The notes: generated by a model from the letters alone, not told the origin. 57,082 bases of DNA from Parasitella parasitica NRRL 2501 (GCA_025201805.1 MU619290.1:1-57082); one strand, 5' to 3'; positions 1 to 14,834 are shown, numbered from the stretch's first letter. Numbers and translations: made by a program.

Positions 1-58
1 GTAAGTGATTTATCTTTTAGTATGATTTATAATTTAAAAACTTTACTTTTTTTCTTAG

Positions 59-1114
59 GTCGGGTCTGTTAATCGGTATGGCTTAAAGCATCAAAGCCAT
101 TATAGCCCTTGGCTCGTACTTGCCATCAACATGTTAAGAACAGAGGTTGGTCACGGAACTGTAATGGATTACACTTGTGAGCGTTATGGAAATTTTATAA
201 ATTTCAAGCAAACGAATGAAACCTTCGGTATTGTAGATATGCCTCGTGTGCTATGCAATGAAATAGGCATAAAGCCTGCAACATTGCAGCTAATACCAAA
301 AGAAAGGCCGGACAAAAAAAGGATTATGGAACTTGCATCCTTGTCTACCATTCGACTGCCACCGATCGGATACTCTAAAAGCAAATTTATGTATCAATTT
401 CTTTCCAGTTGTCAAGGTACACTTTACGCAGTTGCGGCAGTGCACACAAACGAAGAAAATTTTCTGTTTGAAACACTTTTGAAAACACAAAACCATGAAG
501 ATACGCAGATATATCAACCATTCAATGCGAAAAAACCAGACTTCCATTTGTTTGCCTTCATATGGAACACCAAGTATTGTCTTGCAAACAGCAATATTTA
601 TTACAAAACTCCTGGTCATCTAAGAGCCTACTACAACATTGTAGAAGATCGTAAAAAATATGGGAACACTGTCTTGAAAAATATTGCAATATCTCAATCT
701 GTCCGTGCACTTGTCGAAGATGCATCAAGGTTTGACACTTCGATTCCGACTTTGTCAGCACCTACTGCTCCACAACAACAACACTTTCCTGCTGGTATAC
801 TCTCACCTTTGACCTCTAAATTACCAAAAATTTTACCTTTGTATCACTCCAGACAGATCTCAAGCTCGCTTTCTTTACCTTTGCCGCGTAACATCACTTC
901 TTCTTTGTCTGTTAATTTTGCAAGTAAAAAAAGAAAAAGACACTGCACGGTTTGCAAGATCGACGAATGTCCAGGAAGCTCCAAAAGATTTTTTTGTATC
1001 AACAAATGTGGAAAATGCAGACAAGAAAGCTGCACTGGAAGACATGTTAAGCAGCTCAAAACAAATAGACAAAGCTCTTATCAGCCATTACCATGCTTAA
1101 ACGCTAAATTTTAA
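59..1114 (+). CDS. 3' exon of a probable transposon-associated protein with C-terminal Cys-rich zinc knuckle (5' truncated by window)
   Basis: Intron 1-58 (GTAAGT...TTAG), then an in-frame exon VGSVNRYG...SHYSPWL joining ORF 131-1114; motifs AVHTxEE, FxxxWN, IYYKxPxHL and C-terminal CTVCKIDECPG...CGKC..C.GR resemble fungal repeat-derived protein families; exact family not established. Confidence 0.55.
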   Translation, partial: VGSVNRYGLKHQSHYSPWLVLAINMLRTEVGHGTVMDYTCERYGNFINFKQTNETFGIVDMPRVLCNEIGIKPATLQLIPKERPDKKRIMELASLSTIRLPPIGYSKSKFMYQFLSSCQGTLYAVAAVHTNEENFLFETLLKTQNHEDTQIYQPFNAKKPDFHLFAFIWNTKYCLANSNIYYKTPGHLRAYYNIVEDRKKYGNTVLKNIAISQSVRALVEDASRFDTSIPTLSAPTAPQQQHFPAGILSPLTSKLPKILPLYHSRQISSSLSLPLPRNITSSLSVNFASKKRKRHCTVCKIDECPGSSKRFFCINKCGKCRQESCTGRHVKQLKTNRQSSYQPLPCLNAKF

Positions 1115-1598
1115 CTAACAATGAGGGGTGAAGATTCCTGCATAAATCTTTAAATACATTTTCCACAATTCATAAGCAAATTAATTTCTTTTACCTCTAT
1201 TCCTATTCTTTATTTATATAATTATTCCAAATAAATTTTTCAAAAATGTCAAATACCCCTTAAAATTTGGGTGCCCTTGGGCACCCAAATCACTGAATTA
1301 AATTCTCAAACCTGCTCAATTAAATGCTTATTTTCAAGAATGGCCCAACTATGGTTATACGGTCGAAAGTCAAACGTTGACACATGTGACTCAACGCTTT
1401 TGATAGCAATGATGAAATTCTTTGAGGCATGCACACGGTGTTTCAAATAATGGTGTTGCTGCATCCTGTGTCGCATTACTCATTGAATCTATAAAGTGAA
1501 AAAGAATTGTGCATCCACTCAAAATAGAGTGTTATTTATTGTTTTATTTGAAAAAATAAAATAAAAATATAAACCAAAATACAGCTGAAAATGACAGA

Positions 1599-2977
1599 TC
1601 AGTTGAGTAAAGAGCATAATTCATCCACCTTGTCTTCTAACCATTCCCATCGTTTCATGCCGACAATCCATTCTGTTGGCAGTTGGCTATAACCGAATCT
1701 AGCACCAAGCATTGCACCAGCAGCAGTAGCATTTGTATCAGCCTCGCCGCCTTGCATCACAACATCCATCAACATCTTTTTAAAGTACTCTGTTTCTGAT
1801 TGTGGTGCCACCTCTCTTGTCAAACAATAGAGGGCGGCGCTTAGACATTTGAAGGTATTCTGGCAATCACCGCTGTCATCTAGACCAAGATCAGCTAAAG
1901 AGCTAGGAACACAACAGTTTACAAGCTGATGGTAATATTTCTGCATTTGGTCCATGTCGGTTTCTGGTGTTATAAATAAAGGGTCTGTGTGGGGTTCTAT
2001 TAATAAGGGCTTGTTTGTTTCAACTACGTTGTGAACTAATGCAACAAGTTGTTCGTTTACGGGAAGCGTATCGATAAAGTAGCTGTATTCTGGGTGATTC
2101 TGCTGATCAATGCTAGGAGTTGGAGAGTGGGCGATTTCTATTTCTAAGTCTTGTCCTCGCAACAATCTAGCGATTAGTGTCGATGCTATCACACATGATA
2201 TCATACAACGTGGATCAGGGTGGGTGACACGACAGCACTTTGTGGTGTTTTCAATAACGGTTATACCATCCCAAAATTTGAGTGCGCCTAATAGAGGAGC
2301 TCTAACTAGAGCACCATTAGCGCCTCTCAGGTTGTTTTTTGTCTTCCAAACCTCAATGGCTGCCTTTTGCTATGTGTATCATATACTAATTAGTAATTTT
2401 GCTGGACATTATTAAGAAGCGAACACTCACTGGATTTTTCTTGTACTCTGGATTAGCCAGCACTGCTTCATTGGTTGCATTCATTCCGGCTGGCAGCTTG
2501 TGTAGATCTTTGATGCCGTGTTCTTTGTAGTCGTATAATCGTAGAGCGAAATCTTTTTGTAGAAATTGGCCCCCGTTCTCCAAAAGCGACTCCATGACTA
2601 GCAACACTTGCTCTGCATCATCGCCGAAATCACTGTGGTGGTGTCATGATCTTTTTGTTTAGTCAATGTGTATATTATGTAAATAGGGTCATGCTTACTT
2701 TTCTTCAAACTTTGATCTGAATTGATCACGATGGAAGGGAATGCCATCCTCGTCCATACCAAAACATATAGGCCCATTGCCATATATTGCTCGAATTTCT
2801 GGTCGAGACAGGCCTTCGGTTGCTAATCCGAGACTATCGCCCAAAATAGCACCTGATAGTGAATATAAGAAACAATTCCACTTTTAAAACATGGGCTGCC
2901 TTACCAAAAATCAACCCTTTTACTTTATCCACAATCTTTGCAGTTTCTAATCGGGAGCATCCTGAAGGGATTCTCAT
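1599..2977 (-). CDS. ADP-ribosylglycohydrolase (ARH/DraG family), spliced
   Basis: Exons give MRIPSG...KVKGLIFGAILGDSLG, GANGALVRAP, THPDPRC, GGEADTNATAAGAMLGARFG: ARH family motifs. Confidence 0.88.
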
Positions 2978-4391
2978 TATTTTATAAGTTGAATATTTAT
3001 AAAAATTATAAATGAAAAAAAAAAAAAAATCAAAACAATAATAATAAAAAAAAAAGAATCCTGTTGATTTTCTACCTTATTTTGCAGAAAAATAATAAGA
3101 AAAGAAAAGGGGCGAAAATTAGAAGCAAATGTTACAAATAGAAGCAGATTTACAAGTCCTATTTAGTCATCCGCATGATGTCTAAATATAAGAGAGGGAA
3201 AGGGCAGGAGGGAGGGAAAGGCGTGTTGCTTCAATTAGGCTTTTTGCTTTTCCGAGGGATGTGATTTCTGTGCCTGACGACATTTTTATCGAATGAATGG
3301 CTTGTGCCGCCTCTTTCTTCCTCCTTGATTCGATAATTGTGGTCAACTGGACACTGCAACATATGTAATAACATGTTTTATGAACAAAAAAAAAAAAAAA
3401 AAAAAAAAAGGTGAGAGAAGCTCTAATGTCAACAGTTTGTGCAACTTTAAGGTACATGCTACTTTAAGCTAGTCGAAGAGATGGCAAGCTGTTTGTCTAA
3501 ATAAGGAAAAACGGTTAAACAAGTTTTACTCAGTCGAAGATGGTGGCTATTGAGAAAGCCTGCTCTGCAAATTCTCCTTGGTCGTTTATAATGGGGCCAC
3601 AGGCAGTTTTTTCAGAAGTATAAATGTCCCATCTATCCAACCGTCTTTAGCAATGAAAACGGCTCTGTCTTCTCCAAATAGTTTTTTTGCACTCGTTGGG
3701 CTTAGGAAGACCTTTTTCCTGTACGGCGGTCTATCCATTAGGCGCTGGAGAGTTGTGCTAGCTATTAGCAGGTTTTTTTTTTAATGCTATTTGGTTGAAT
3801 TTATTGATGTAATTGACGTAGCGTAACCTGGTAACCAGTTTTCTCTTGAATTGATCCTTGTGCAGGACACTGTTCCTATTGCAACAGTTCAAAAGAACTC
3901 CTCTTCCGCTGCAAAGCAACATTGTCCACTGTGTAAGCCATCAACAACGCTGAAATGTCAAAGGTGAGTGTTTATATGACAGCTCAGACGTAACTTTTAG
4001 ATAGAAATTTAAATCGATTTTATTAGATAATAATAGCTAATTACATTTCGGCCTTTTTAGGCTCTCAAATGACAATATTGTAGTCGTGTATTCGCGGTCG
4101 AATTGACGTTGAATCAGTATGGCACACGTTTTGACTTTAGATATTATCAGTGGACAAGTAGTCATATATATCTCTTATTAATGTGGAATAACTCGAGGTA
4201 GGTATATCAGTCGTTCCATCATCTGCGGTGGTTTAGCACAAATGGTTGACATGAGACATATGGCCCAGGGACATTTGACGCGTGACGATTTGGTGGGATC
4301 AAATGTGTAACATGTTCCATGCAAGAAGACACCACATTTAAAACGCCAAAAATCGCTTAGTGGACAAATCGCGTTTTGCCTTTCTATTATT

Positions 4392-6526
4392 ATGGTCAAG
4401 GTAACTCAAAAGAATGAAGCTGGAGCTAAACCAAAATATCAGCAGACAAGGTTCGACTGCCATTCCACCATTAGATAACTATAGCCTGCTAATTCACTCT
4501 CTAGACTATGTTTTACTCCACTGTCTTCGTCACCGTCGACAATCAGCAAGAAACGAGACAATTATGCAGAAAAACTAGAGAAAGAGATTCTGGACTTGAA
4601 GATTACCGTTGATCAGGAGCTAAATGAACATGAAGATCTATGTAAAGATTGTGATGTAAGGGTTTTTATATGGGTGGTTATATGGCTTCTTATTCCCTGC
4701 CTTTGTAGAAATCAAGACCAAGAGTACAATGTACAGCGCTGAAGTTAAACACTTGTGATCCTTGCCCATATAGCTTTTGCGATACATGCATCAAACGAAT
4801 TGCAAACGAAGATATCGAATGCATAAAGAATGACAATGCTGTTTATGTGTCTCAAAATGGGTATGTCATCCAACACAGTCCGTCATTACCATCTTTCAAA
4901 TGGGCTTGTTTGGTGTGCAGAGGATTATGTAAATGCGGGTAACATACGGCATGCAACTGAAAAGTTGGAAGTATGACTAATCCAGTCATTCAGATACTGC
5001 TCCAAGCAACAACTACTCGCACCTGTAACAGCAACAGCACAAGCACCAGCACCAGCGCCAGCACCATTATCACCAACCCCGTCAACAAACCCAATATCAT
5101 CGCCACTGTCAGCCAAGCCAGCATCACTGCCAAAACTAAAGTGAGTTAGTCTTACTGTCTTACATGTAAACCACTAAATGACCTATGTTGCAACAGAAAC
5201 CAAGGAACAGCACTATTCTTCAACATGAAGGCGATTGATCCACCTGAACTTAGCTTACTGGACATGCAGTACTCTGAAGAGGAGATGTGGATACGTTTGC
5301 AGATTCGAGAATTTGTGTTTCGATTTGGGGAAATATATGGATTGGATGACAGAATATTGACTAATATGCAAAATGTCCAAGGGAACTGGAAGATCAAAAA
5401 GCTCGGTGCGTATTTGGTATTTCACTCGCTGCACATTATGAGTAAGTCGACGGAATACGATCCACCCAACAGCACCATATCAGCAGAGTCAATACCTCGA
5501 AAATCCAAGGAAATCCTAAACAGCTGGATGCAGGAAAAACGTCTCACTAAAAGCTATCTGGATAACCAATCGAGAAATCAAGCACTTTTAGATGTATTGA
5601 CAACGGAGGGCTTGACATGCAAAAGATGGCAGGACGTAGCTGAGCTTTTAGCAATGACAGAGTGCCAAGATCTCCCTATCCCTACCCGTCCCAAGAAGAA
5701 AAAGACGGCAGCAGATGAATACGACAGCCATGAAAAGCACGACGCCATGGATATCGATGATGACGATGACGAATTGTATAGACAGATCGAAGGTTATCGC
5801 AAACCTGTTCGCAACACCGCGCTTTTAACACCACAAGTTGAGCTCAAGCTAATCAACATGCTGCTTGAGCTGCTTTTACACCATACCCAGACACGACAGT
5901 CATTGAGCATCCCCAACCATTCTGGCGCTACTTGCAAAGAAGTCCGTGATATGACATTGGAACTAAAGAAATTCACTAAAGAGTACAATATCGAATCGAC
6001 CTTGAATAAAAGCAAGAGATACAAACTGACAACTCGGATCAACCAGCTTATGGCTGTACGTGGCAAGAGAGAGGAGCTGAAGGCTGCACAAATCGAACTA
6101 GACGAGCTTGAAACCCTGATCCGAGATGAGCATATGACTCTAGAGACAATGAAGATCCAGCTGTATCTATCCAGCGCCAAGTCGCAAAAGAGATTTAAGC
6201 CTGCAGGTGTGGACATGCTCGGAAACGTATATTGGATATTCAGCGACCTTTTGGACCATTTGAGTCATGCTACAGATTACAAAAATAGCGAACCTTGCTG
6301 GGCGTATGGTATCGTTATTATAGGCCCTGGCTTTCACCATCCGGAAAAGCAGAACGTGAAATGGTGGTCTATTCAAGGCATCAAAAACATGAATCACCTC
6401 CTCAAATGGGTGAACCAACAAGGAGGTCAAGATGACCCGGGAAACCTCGCCAAGAACATTAAGCAGCGTATTGATCACCTGTCTGCCTTGGAATGCGTGG
6501 TTTACGGTGAAGGTTTCTTTGCATGA
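4392..6526 (+). CDS. zf-4CXXC_R1-like zinc finger / DDT-WHIM-like chromatin protein, spliced
   Basis: Spliced 5' exons give CKDC..RVQCT...FCDTC...WACLVCRGLCKC; large exon 5225-6526 has RLQIREFVFRF and a WHIM/WSD-like PAGVDMLGNVYW motif; ATG 4392 inferred. Confidence 0.7.
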
Positions 6527-9073
6527 TACAAATTGTATTCTTAGTATATATGTATATGGAAAAAGCAAAATAGCCTGGTATTTGCATAAAGAACTTTATA
6601 AATAAAGCGGCACAGGTGTATACATGACAGTAGCTCTGGTTGTTGAGCAAGATGCATCGATTCTTGCTGATTTGTTGCGAAATGTGATATATGTAAAGAA
6701 AGACGGCTGATAAATATAGAGTAATATCTACTGAGTTAAGCAACAATAATTATGTATGCAAGCTCCACTCTGTTGATGCAATGCCAATAAAACTATAATC
6801 ATCTTGGATATGACCACAAACAGCCATTTTTGAAAAACATACGAAATCAAATGCCAAGATTTCAGGCAAAGATCTTGGGCGTTTGAAGGCTCAGAACTAC
6901 CTAAATCATTTCTTCTTTTTCAAGTATCGGCATACAGTATACAGTACCTTTTATCTCAAGTCTTAAAAAGCATCACAAAAAAGCCTCATAAGTGCAACGA
7001 CAAATCGCTTTAGATCGCTAAATTCCAAATTTGGCCTCAAATAGGAGGAATTTTCGATGTGCCGTTTCTAGCCAAAAATGTATTTAATTGGCTACACGAC
7101 AAATTCTTTTGATTTTTGATGGCGAGTTAGTGCCGTTCAATTCCTCTTCAAGATTACAAATAACTTGATTGAGACACTTTGGATTATTATAGTATATAAG
7201 AACAAAAGGTAAATACGACCAAGTATCGAGTATATCCGACTGACAACGGTGATTGAATGTTTTGGCGGCTAGTAGGCGATTTTGGTGTTGCAGATCAGTG
7301 CTTTTGGGATGTAATTTTTTGTTTGTTGCTATACCGTATCTTTCTATAATATCATAAAATGCTATTCTTAGCTTGTAGTAACTATTTCATTGTAAAAACT
7401 TGTTTTTAAAAAGCTGGAAAGGCAATACTCTTCAAATAAGTGATTCGCACCAAGCGATGCATGGTAAATTGCTTGTAAAATTGGCAATTAACCAGCAGAC
7501 ATCAAATCCAAAACGGTGTGCACTTTAAAAGTCTTGTAAACCTTTTCTCCTGCTGTCGATAAACATACATATGTATCGATCAGTATATAGGCGAAGAACA
7601 TGACATGGTACTATAATTTTGTTGGGCGCCATCGTTATTCATGCCAAGTATATGCTTGAATTCAAGATGTGTATGTCTGGGATAGCGCACAATGAATTTA
7701 TGTCCCTTGTATGTTGCTTGAATTGGGATCATTTCGCGTGTAATTCAAGAAGCTCTTTTTTTGGAAAGATCTATTCTAACCAAGAGAAGCAATACCGAAT
7801 GTTATTTATCTGTTTCAAAACGTTTGGGGTTGAAAACAAGTACTCCTTTTTTAGCAGATCAAGTACAATAAGGCGGTCTCTATCGCTATGTATGATATCT
7901 TTTTGTTAGTAAAATATTCCCCCCGCCATCTTTGCACAAGAGAAAAGCCTTCCTGTAAATGCACATACATATATAGACATTAATATTGTTTTATAAAAAG
8001 ATTGGCTTAAAGCAACCATTGTATTTATAAATAACAGTAGCCATATTTTAAAGCTTTGAGAGACAAACTGTCATATTTAATGATCTTCTTATTTGGTTTT
8101 GATGTATAAACCAATGTGCACAAACATGCTATCCGCCAATAGCTACATATAAACCTGCATATGATATGTGTGTATGCGTGGGCGTGTGTATATATGTGTG
8201 TGTGTATCGGGAATGCACGTATATATATTGCTCGATATAGATTCGAAATCGCATTGACATGAATTTGTGTTTAGAATAGTACTCATTGCCCAATAGATTA
8301 CTCCTTGGTGAATGTGTAAATCACCATGATTTATATGAGTTATTTTTGTTAGTGATCAGTGAAGGTGTCTAAATTTAGACAAAATCAAGGGATGACACTC
8401 TATAAAATCTACTCCCCTATGAGAGGGGGGAAAGAATATTAGCTAAAAAATGACGAGTGTCATGCAAGATGCATTTGCATTTTCTTTATGTGTGTCAGAG
8501 AGCGAGAGAGCACAAAAGTTAATGATTAAAACCCTGCTTTTTTTTAGCATTTTCCAATGCGTCTGCTTTGTTGCGATTTTTTTTTCGGTATATCTAGTAG
8601 CAATTCGTCCAGATTATAACATACATAGAACTAGTAAGAAAAAAGGTTTGCATGATTTCAATAATACAAGCGTATTATATATATATATATAATACTCACG
8701 TAATGCACGTTATAAATGCAAACGCACCCAATATACATACCATGTGAGATAATAATATTATCAACCAGAAGATGCCTTTTGTCAACTTTTATGTATTAGT
8801 ATAAAAGTTTCCCCCCAGTCTCCCTTTCTTTTTTTATATATCTGCTCTTCATTTGCATACTCCTTCTTCTTTGTTTAAGAAAAAAATTTACCCCTGCTTT
8901 CTTGTATTCATTATAATCTTTCTCTCACTGAACTACATTTATTACTTTAACAAGCTCCTATTTCCAAATTTATATAGTTTATAATACACTCTTGTTTGAC
9001 ATTTGGACTTCAATTCTTCTTCTTTCTCTCTCTCTTTTTACTTAATTTTATTTATTCATCAATAATCCTCAAA

Positions 9074-12000
9074 ATGCACTCAACCATGGCTTCGTTTGCT
9101 ACAGACCAGCCACAACCTTATTTTTACCCGCCTACAATACCCGAGTATCAAAGATCAAATCCTAATTCCCGAAGAGCATCAGCTGCAACAAACCATTCAT
9201 CCAGCAGATCGTCCAGATCAATGAGAGACAGACGTCGAAGTTCCGGAGCCGTGTCAACCCATTCACAGCAAAAGCCCAAGAAATGCATTGGAGATTATGT
9301 AGTCGGAAAAACGCTAGGAAAAGGCGCTTCAGGTACTATACAGTAGAAATTAAATCCAGGCACATTTTCACGATTTCTTAATTATTTTACATATTGCAAT
9401 TAGGCCGAGTTAAATTAGGTGTTCACCGACACACAGGGGAGCAAGTTGCTATAAAAATTATCAGTAAAGCTCATTTAGCTGCGAACCCTGCTATTGAAAA
9501 AGCTGTTCGAAGAGAAATTGCCATCATGAAGTTGATCCACCATCCAAATGTCATGTCATTGATTGATGTGATTGACGATCCAGCTTCTTCAGACTTGTAA
9601 GTTAAAATTTTTTTTTGTAATATATACTCCCTCCAAAAATTGCCATTCCCCTATAAAATTTCCCGTTTGCCATGAACTTCCCCCCCCCCCCTCCTCCCCC
9701 TCCTTATGTATATAATATAATGCAGCTCCTATTTATTACACTTATACTTAATGAATTTTTCTGGCAAATAGATATCTTATATTAGAATACGTCGAAGGTG
9801 GCGAACTATTTGAGTACCTTGTTAGCAAAGGAAGATTAGGTGAAGCAGAAGCAAGACATCACTTTCAACAGATCATCTTGGGTTTGGACTATTGTCACCA
9901 TCATTTGATTTGTCATCGTGATTTGAAGCCTGAAAACTTGCTCTTGAACTCTAGAAACAGCATCAAAATTGCTGATTTCGGTATGGCATCACTCCAGCCT
10001 CTAGGATCCATGCTTGAGACCAGTTGCGGGTATGCATTAAGACATCGACTACACAAACATGAAAGAAACTGACAGCGTTTTTATAGTTCTCCTCATTATG
10101 CTAGTCCTGAAATTGTAGCTGGTATGCCATACAATGGATCCTCTTGCGATATTTGGTCTTGCGGTGTCATTCTTTACGCTCTGTTGACCGGACACCTTCC
10201 ATTTGATGACGAGAACATTCGCCAGCTACTGAAAAAAGTCAAATCAGGCAAATATATCATGCCAGACAATATATCCCGATCGGCACAAGACCTTATTCGA
10301 CGTATCCTTGTCGTCGACCCAGCAAAGCGACTCAACATGCAGCAAATCATGTCACATCCATGGTTCCGGGAAACAGAGCCTATGAATGTCTCTGTGCTGC
10401 CTGTCCCCCCTACCGAAAAGGAAATTGGCCAGCCTGTGAGTGATGCTTCTGAAATTGATGACCGTATCTTGGAGACAATCAAATTCTTATGGGGAGAGTC
10501 AAACAATCAAGCAGTGATTAATGCACTCGTTCAAAAAGAGTAAGATATCTTTAAATAGTTTTTTTTTCTTGCTGGCACACGAGCTAATGTATTGAATAGA
10601 CATAATATGCAGAAAGTAGTATATGTACTTTTACAACAGCATGCTGAAAGGTATTGGCAAGCAGATCACGATGATGAAACAGATGATGACACAGAAGATG
10701 CATATTCAGGTAAAGATACATATCGAATGCCCCCTTCTACATTTACTAACAAACAAAAACAGATGCTCCTCGACGTCGCTACAGAACGATCGGCCACAGA
10801 ACAGAACGAGACAGAAGATGTCTGTCGATGGTGGACGCCAATAGTAACGTTATAAAGTCAGGGTCTGCAACTACCGCAAGAAAGGGCTCTGTTCCTGTGG
10901 TTGGCAACCGTCCTGTTGCGCCTTGGATGCCGTCTGACTCTTTGCCAGCGCAGCAATCCAAAGCCGACGCAGCCCGTCGTTACTCTGCTGCCACCATTCG
11001 ATCTGAGCGTACACCTACATTTGCAGTAGATGATCTGCCTGCTAGCCCTGCAGCTCCCATCGATGAGAAGAAGGCTACTAAGATGAAGAAGAGCGAAACG
11101 TTCTACGCTAGATTCGTCAAAAATGTCCTGTCACCCTCCCGCAGACAGAGCAAAGATGCAAGGTAAGTTGCACAGCACACATGTACCAAGTCTATTTTTT
11201 TCTAATCATTTTCCATTTATGCAGGAGCAGCAACAATACTGATATGCCTCCTACTGCATCGCAACAAGGCAATAGCACTACTACAAACACAACACCTTCG
11301 AGCCCAACTACTCCCACCCCTACTTCAAAGCCTATTGCGGCAACGCTTGTGGGCACCTTAAGACGCAAGAACCCCTTTAACCGTACGCCCATCAACACTA
11401 CTGATTTTGCCATTTCCACAACGTCCATGAAGGAGCCCACCTCGCCCACCGTTCCTCCCAAGTCGACACTTCGGCCTACAAGCAACATTCTGCAACGCAA
11501 CAAAGTCGATATCTCAACCGAGGACACCGAGGAAGAAAGCATCCTCTTCCAGCAGCAGCAGAAAGAAAACCGCAAATCAAACAAATCGGCTACTCTCAGT
11601 GCCAAGCGCCTTTCTCTTCGCATTCCAAACGCCTTCAAAAACGAATCCACAGTCAATGCTTCGTCTACAAAGAAGTTTGGCTTCACTCTTGGCTCCAATT
11701 CTCGCAAGCAAAGAAAGCAGCTGGACCTGTCACTCTTTAAAGCAGAACAACAAGCCCTACAAAAAGAAAGGGCCAATGCAGTCAATAGCAGCAAAAAGAC
11801 CCTGGTCAACGACTCGAGTCTTGTACCTCCTCCTGCTTTATCTGACGGCAGCACATTGAGCACCAGCAGCAGTACATGCTCTAGCACTCACAGCAGCTAC
11901 TACCACACACCAACATCTCCTATGCAAAAAGTACCTCCTACCTTCAAGTCTGTTATGAATAAGCAATCCAATCAAAATGTGTTTGCTGCTGGCAACCCTC

Positions 12001-12705
12001 GCAGATCAAGTCAAGTGTCATTCAAATCCATGGATCGCAGGGGAAGCAATATAAGCACAAGCACATTATCGCAACAACAACAACAACATATCAACAACAA
12101 CAGACCTACTACGCCTAGTTTATTATCAAACAGCTCTACCATTGCCTCTCCCACCTCTATTCACGCCAATTACAACAATAGTATTCCTTCACAGCCAGCC
12201 AAAGCATCATGGCTTAATAATTTATTCTTCTTCAAACAGCCCAAAGTCTGCTCCCTGGTGGTTTACAGCACGCACACAGCTGGCATTTTAAGATCACTGC
12301 ATCGTCTAATGAACAAGGTATGTGCTAACCAACTATATTATTTTTGCTCCTATTCTAATAACTGCTCTATGATAGACAAATGAGGCTAGGTTCTACGAGA
12401 AATGCGACCGAACAGGTGTTACTCGTTACAAGGCCGAAATCAAGACAAAGCCCGAAGATGGCCTTAAGCCACGCCAAGTCAAATGCAGAATTGACCTGAT
12501 CATGTCTGATCTGGACCCTCAGAGCTGCGTTGTTCAATTCACTCAGCAACAAGGCGATGCCGTCTTGCTGAATACAACAATCCAACAATTGCATGAAGCC
12601 ATTTTGAAAGAATACCCTTGCCCTTCAAACATCATTATGGCCTCAGAGTCATATAAAGAAATGAACTCTGTCATCACATCGGGCACTTTGGTCGAAGACT
12701 ATTAA
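9074..12705 (+). CDS. Ser/Thr protein kinase, CAMKL Gin4/Hsl1/Cdr2/BRSK-like
   Basis: Kinase motifs across exons: [38 protein letters not shown]; long Ser/Thr-rich tail and C-terminal KA1-like region. Confidence 0.92.
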
Positions 12706-12987
12706 TAATCATCGTTTTTTTCTATTATATACTCACTTACTCTCCTTTTTCTCTATTTTTTTTTTTTTTTCTTTCTTTCTTTCTTAACCTCCCTCACCAA
12801 CACTAATGCTAATTGTCTCAATCGTACTATAAATAAATGAAAAGAACAAAAATCCTCATACATACTGAATTTAATAACAATGACTCATTGGTATTTTTGA
12901 TTTAATAATTATGAAGTGCTTTGATTTTATAATCATCTCTACACCTGCGCTGAATTTTGAACGAAAAAATCACTGTATGTTTTACAT

Positions 12988-14834
12988 CTACGATTGGCTG
13001 TTCCTGGCATGGATAATCTCTATATCAGGGACACCTAACTCTGCCTATATGTAGATGCTTGTTAGACGTAACTGGTATAATCAATCCATTTTCTTCTTTT
13101 TTTTTTATATACCCTATGCATACTGTTATTGGAATCGTGTCCAATAGCAACAGATAGCTCTCTTACTGAGATACTACTGGGGTCATTGTTGGTATTACTT
13201 CTGTCACTGGCACATACAAAATAGCTGCAGCTCTACATGACATGTGCAACGTGATGAGTTACAACTACATAACCTGATAAACATAAACTGCTTACTTCCG
13301 ACCATGAAGACCGACATTCCCAGCAGAAACTGAATCCACACAACGTACAGTCTACCTTGTTACAACCTTCATCTCGATTGATCATAATTGAGCAACTGGG
13401 ACATTTTCGACTATTTTCCAACTTCCATTTCAATGTCTTTATGTGGTCTGCAGCACCAGAGCCTGTTTCTACGCTTTGGCTGATGAGTTGCTGCATATTT
13501 TCCTCGCATGTTGCTTCACCAGGATGGCTATCTTCCCCACATTGTAAGCACATTGACTTTTGACATGTTGGACTATATGCGTAAAATGGCGAAAATGCAA
13601 AATGTTTTAGAAACAGCAATGGCAATGAGCCCAATACCTGACATTACCAACTCATATTTGAAAACATAGATATATGGTCAAACTGCAATCTTCTCCATGT
13701 ATCAGGTCGCAACTCTAACTGCAGTATATTGAGTGAAATGGCTTTCGCACTTTCTGACTGATCTGTTAGTTGGCATATACGCAGCAACTGCAAGATCAAC
13801 TGATAATGGATATCAACAATCGTAGAGTTTCTCCATTCCAGCTTTTCAAAAAGTCGTACAAAGTGGTGCTGATGAACCATGTTTTCTATCAAGGCCAGCA
13901 TTTGCTTGTTATCTTTGCATTGTGAAATCGTTGTGTTGAAGAAATCCTGTATCATCGCAGCTATTGCTTTGGACTGACTGCATCAATACGAGTATGAGTA
14001 TATATTTATATACACACACACATACACATGTTCTGTATATTTGGATACGTGCCTTTTTTCGGGTCGTCTTTGAGAATCACATGGAGCCAACTCTGTTTCA
14101 CAATGAGAGCAGCACCTTGAAAAACTTCGGAACGGCTGGTTGAATTTGTTGTAGAGTTCCGTTGTCGATGCAGGCACAAATTTGGCCCATTCGGATTGAG
14201 GAATATACACTCTGCATACCGGGCATCTGATCTTTGTTACGTTGAGACCCCAGCTAGACTGGACTACATCTGTAACATATCTGTTGTTATTTTGTTAGCG
14301 TCATGTTTACATGTCGGTATGTACGTGCATATTGAATTACCGCTGGAAACATTCTACGCAAAACTGATCTCTGCAGTATTCCAGACACATGTCTAGCTTT
14401 GAATCAAAGCATATTGAGCACCTCTCTAAATATATATTCAGATCATTCTGGTCTTGATCTGGATCATCATCGTCGTTGAGATCAAATAAAGAGGGTTGTC
14501 GCTGCTGCTGCTGCTGCTGTTCGCTGCTCCCCATAAAGAAAATATTGATAATGTAGAGGAGTCTGATATCTCTGGGAACCACTACTAGTTTCACCAAAAA
14601 TCGTGATATTGATATGCAGCATTGTGTCAATACATAGACTGGGAATAATATCAGAAATAATAGCAGCAGTGCGACGGGATGCTTTGCCCATGATTTGATA
14701 GCGGACACAGGAGTTTGAATGAAGAGGCGATACAAGTACTGCAGCAAAAACATGCTCAAGAGACGGAATAGATAGGCGGAATCGTTCATTTTGTCATATT
14801 GCCGCTGTTGCTGCCTTTGGCGTGAGGTATTCAT
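12988..14834 (-). CDS. RBR (RING-IBR-RING)-type E3 ubiquitin ligase with N-terminal hydrophobic segment
   Basis: CSICFD...CRDQFCVEC (RING1), CLQCGEDSH, CPSCSIMINRDEGCNKVDCTLCGFSFCWEC (RING2); last exon AELGVPD...SQS* ends at 12988. Confidence 0.85.

Noticed and set aside
3480-3960. Possible degraded TE coding fragment
   Set aside because: No diagnostic motif recognised
6530-9070. Short ORFs and TA/TG microsatellites upstream of the kinase
   Set aside because: Ordinary intergenic sequence; ORFs lack domains
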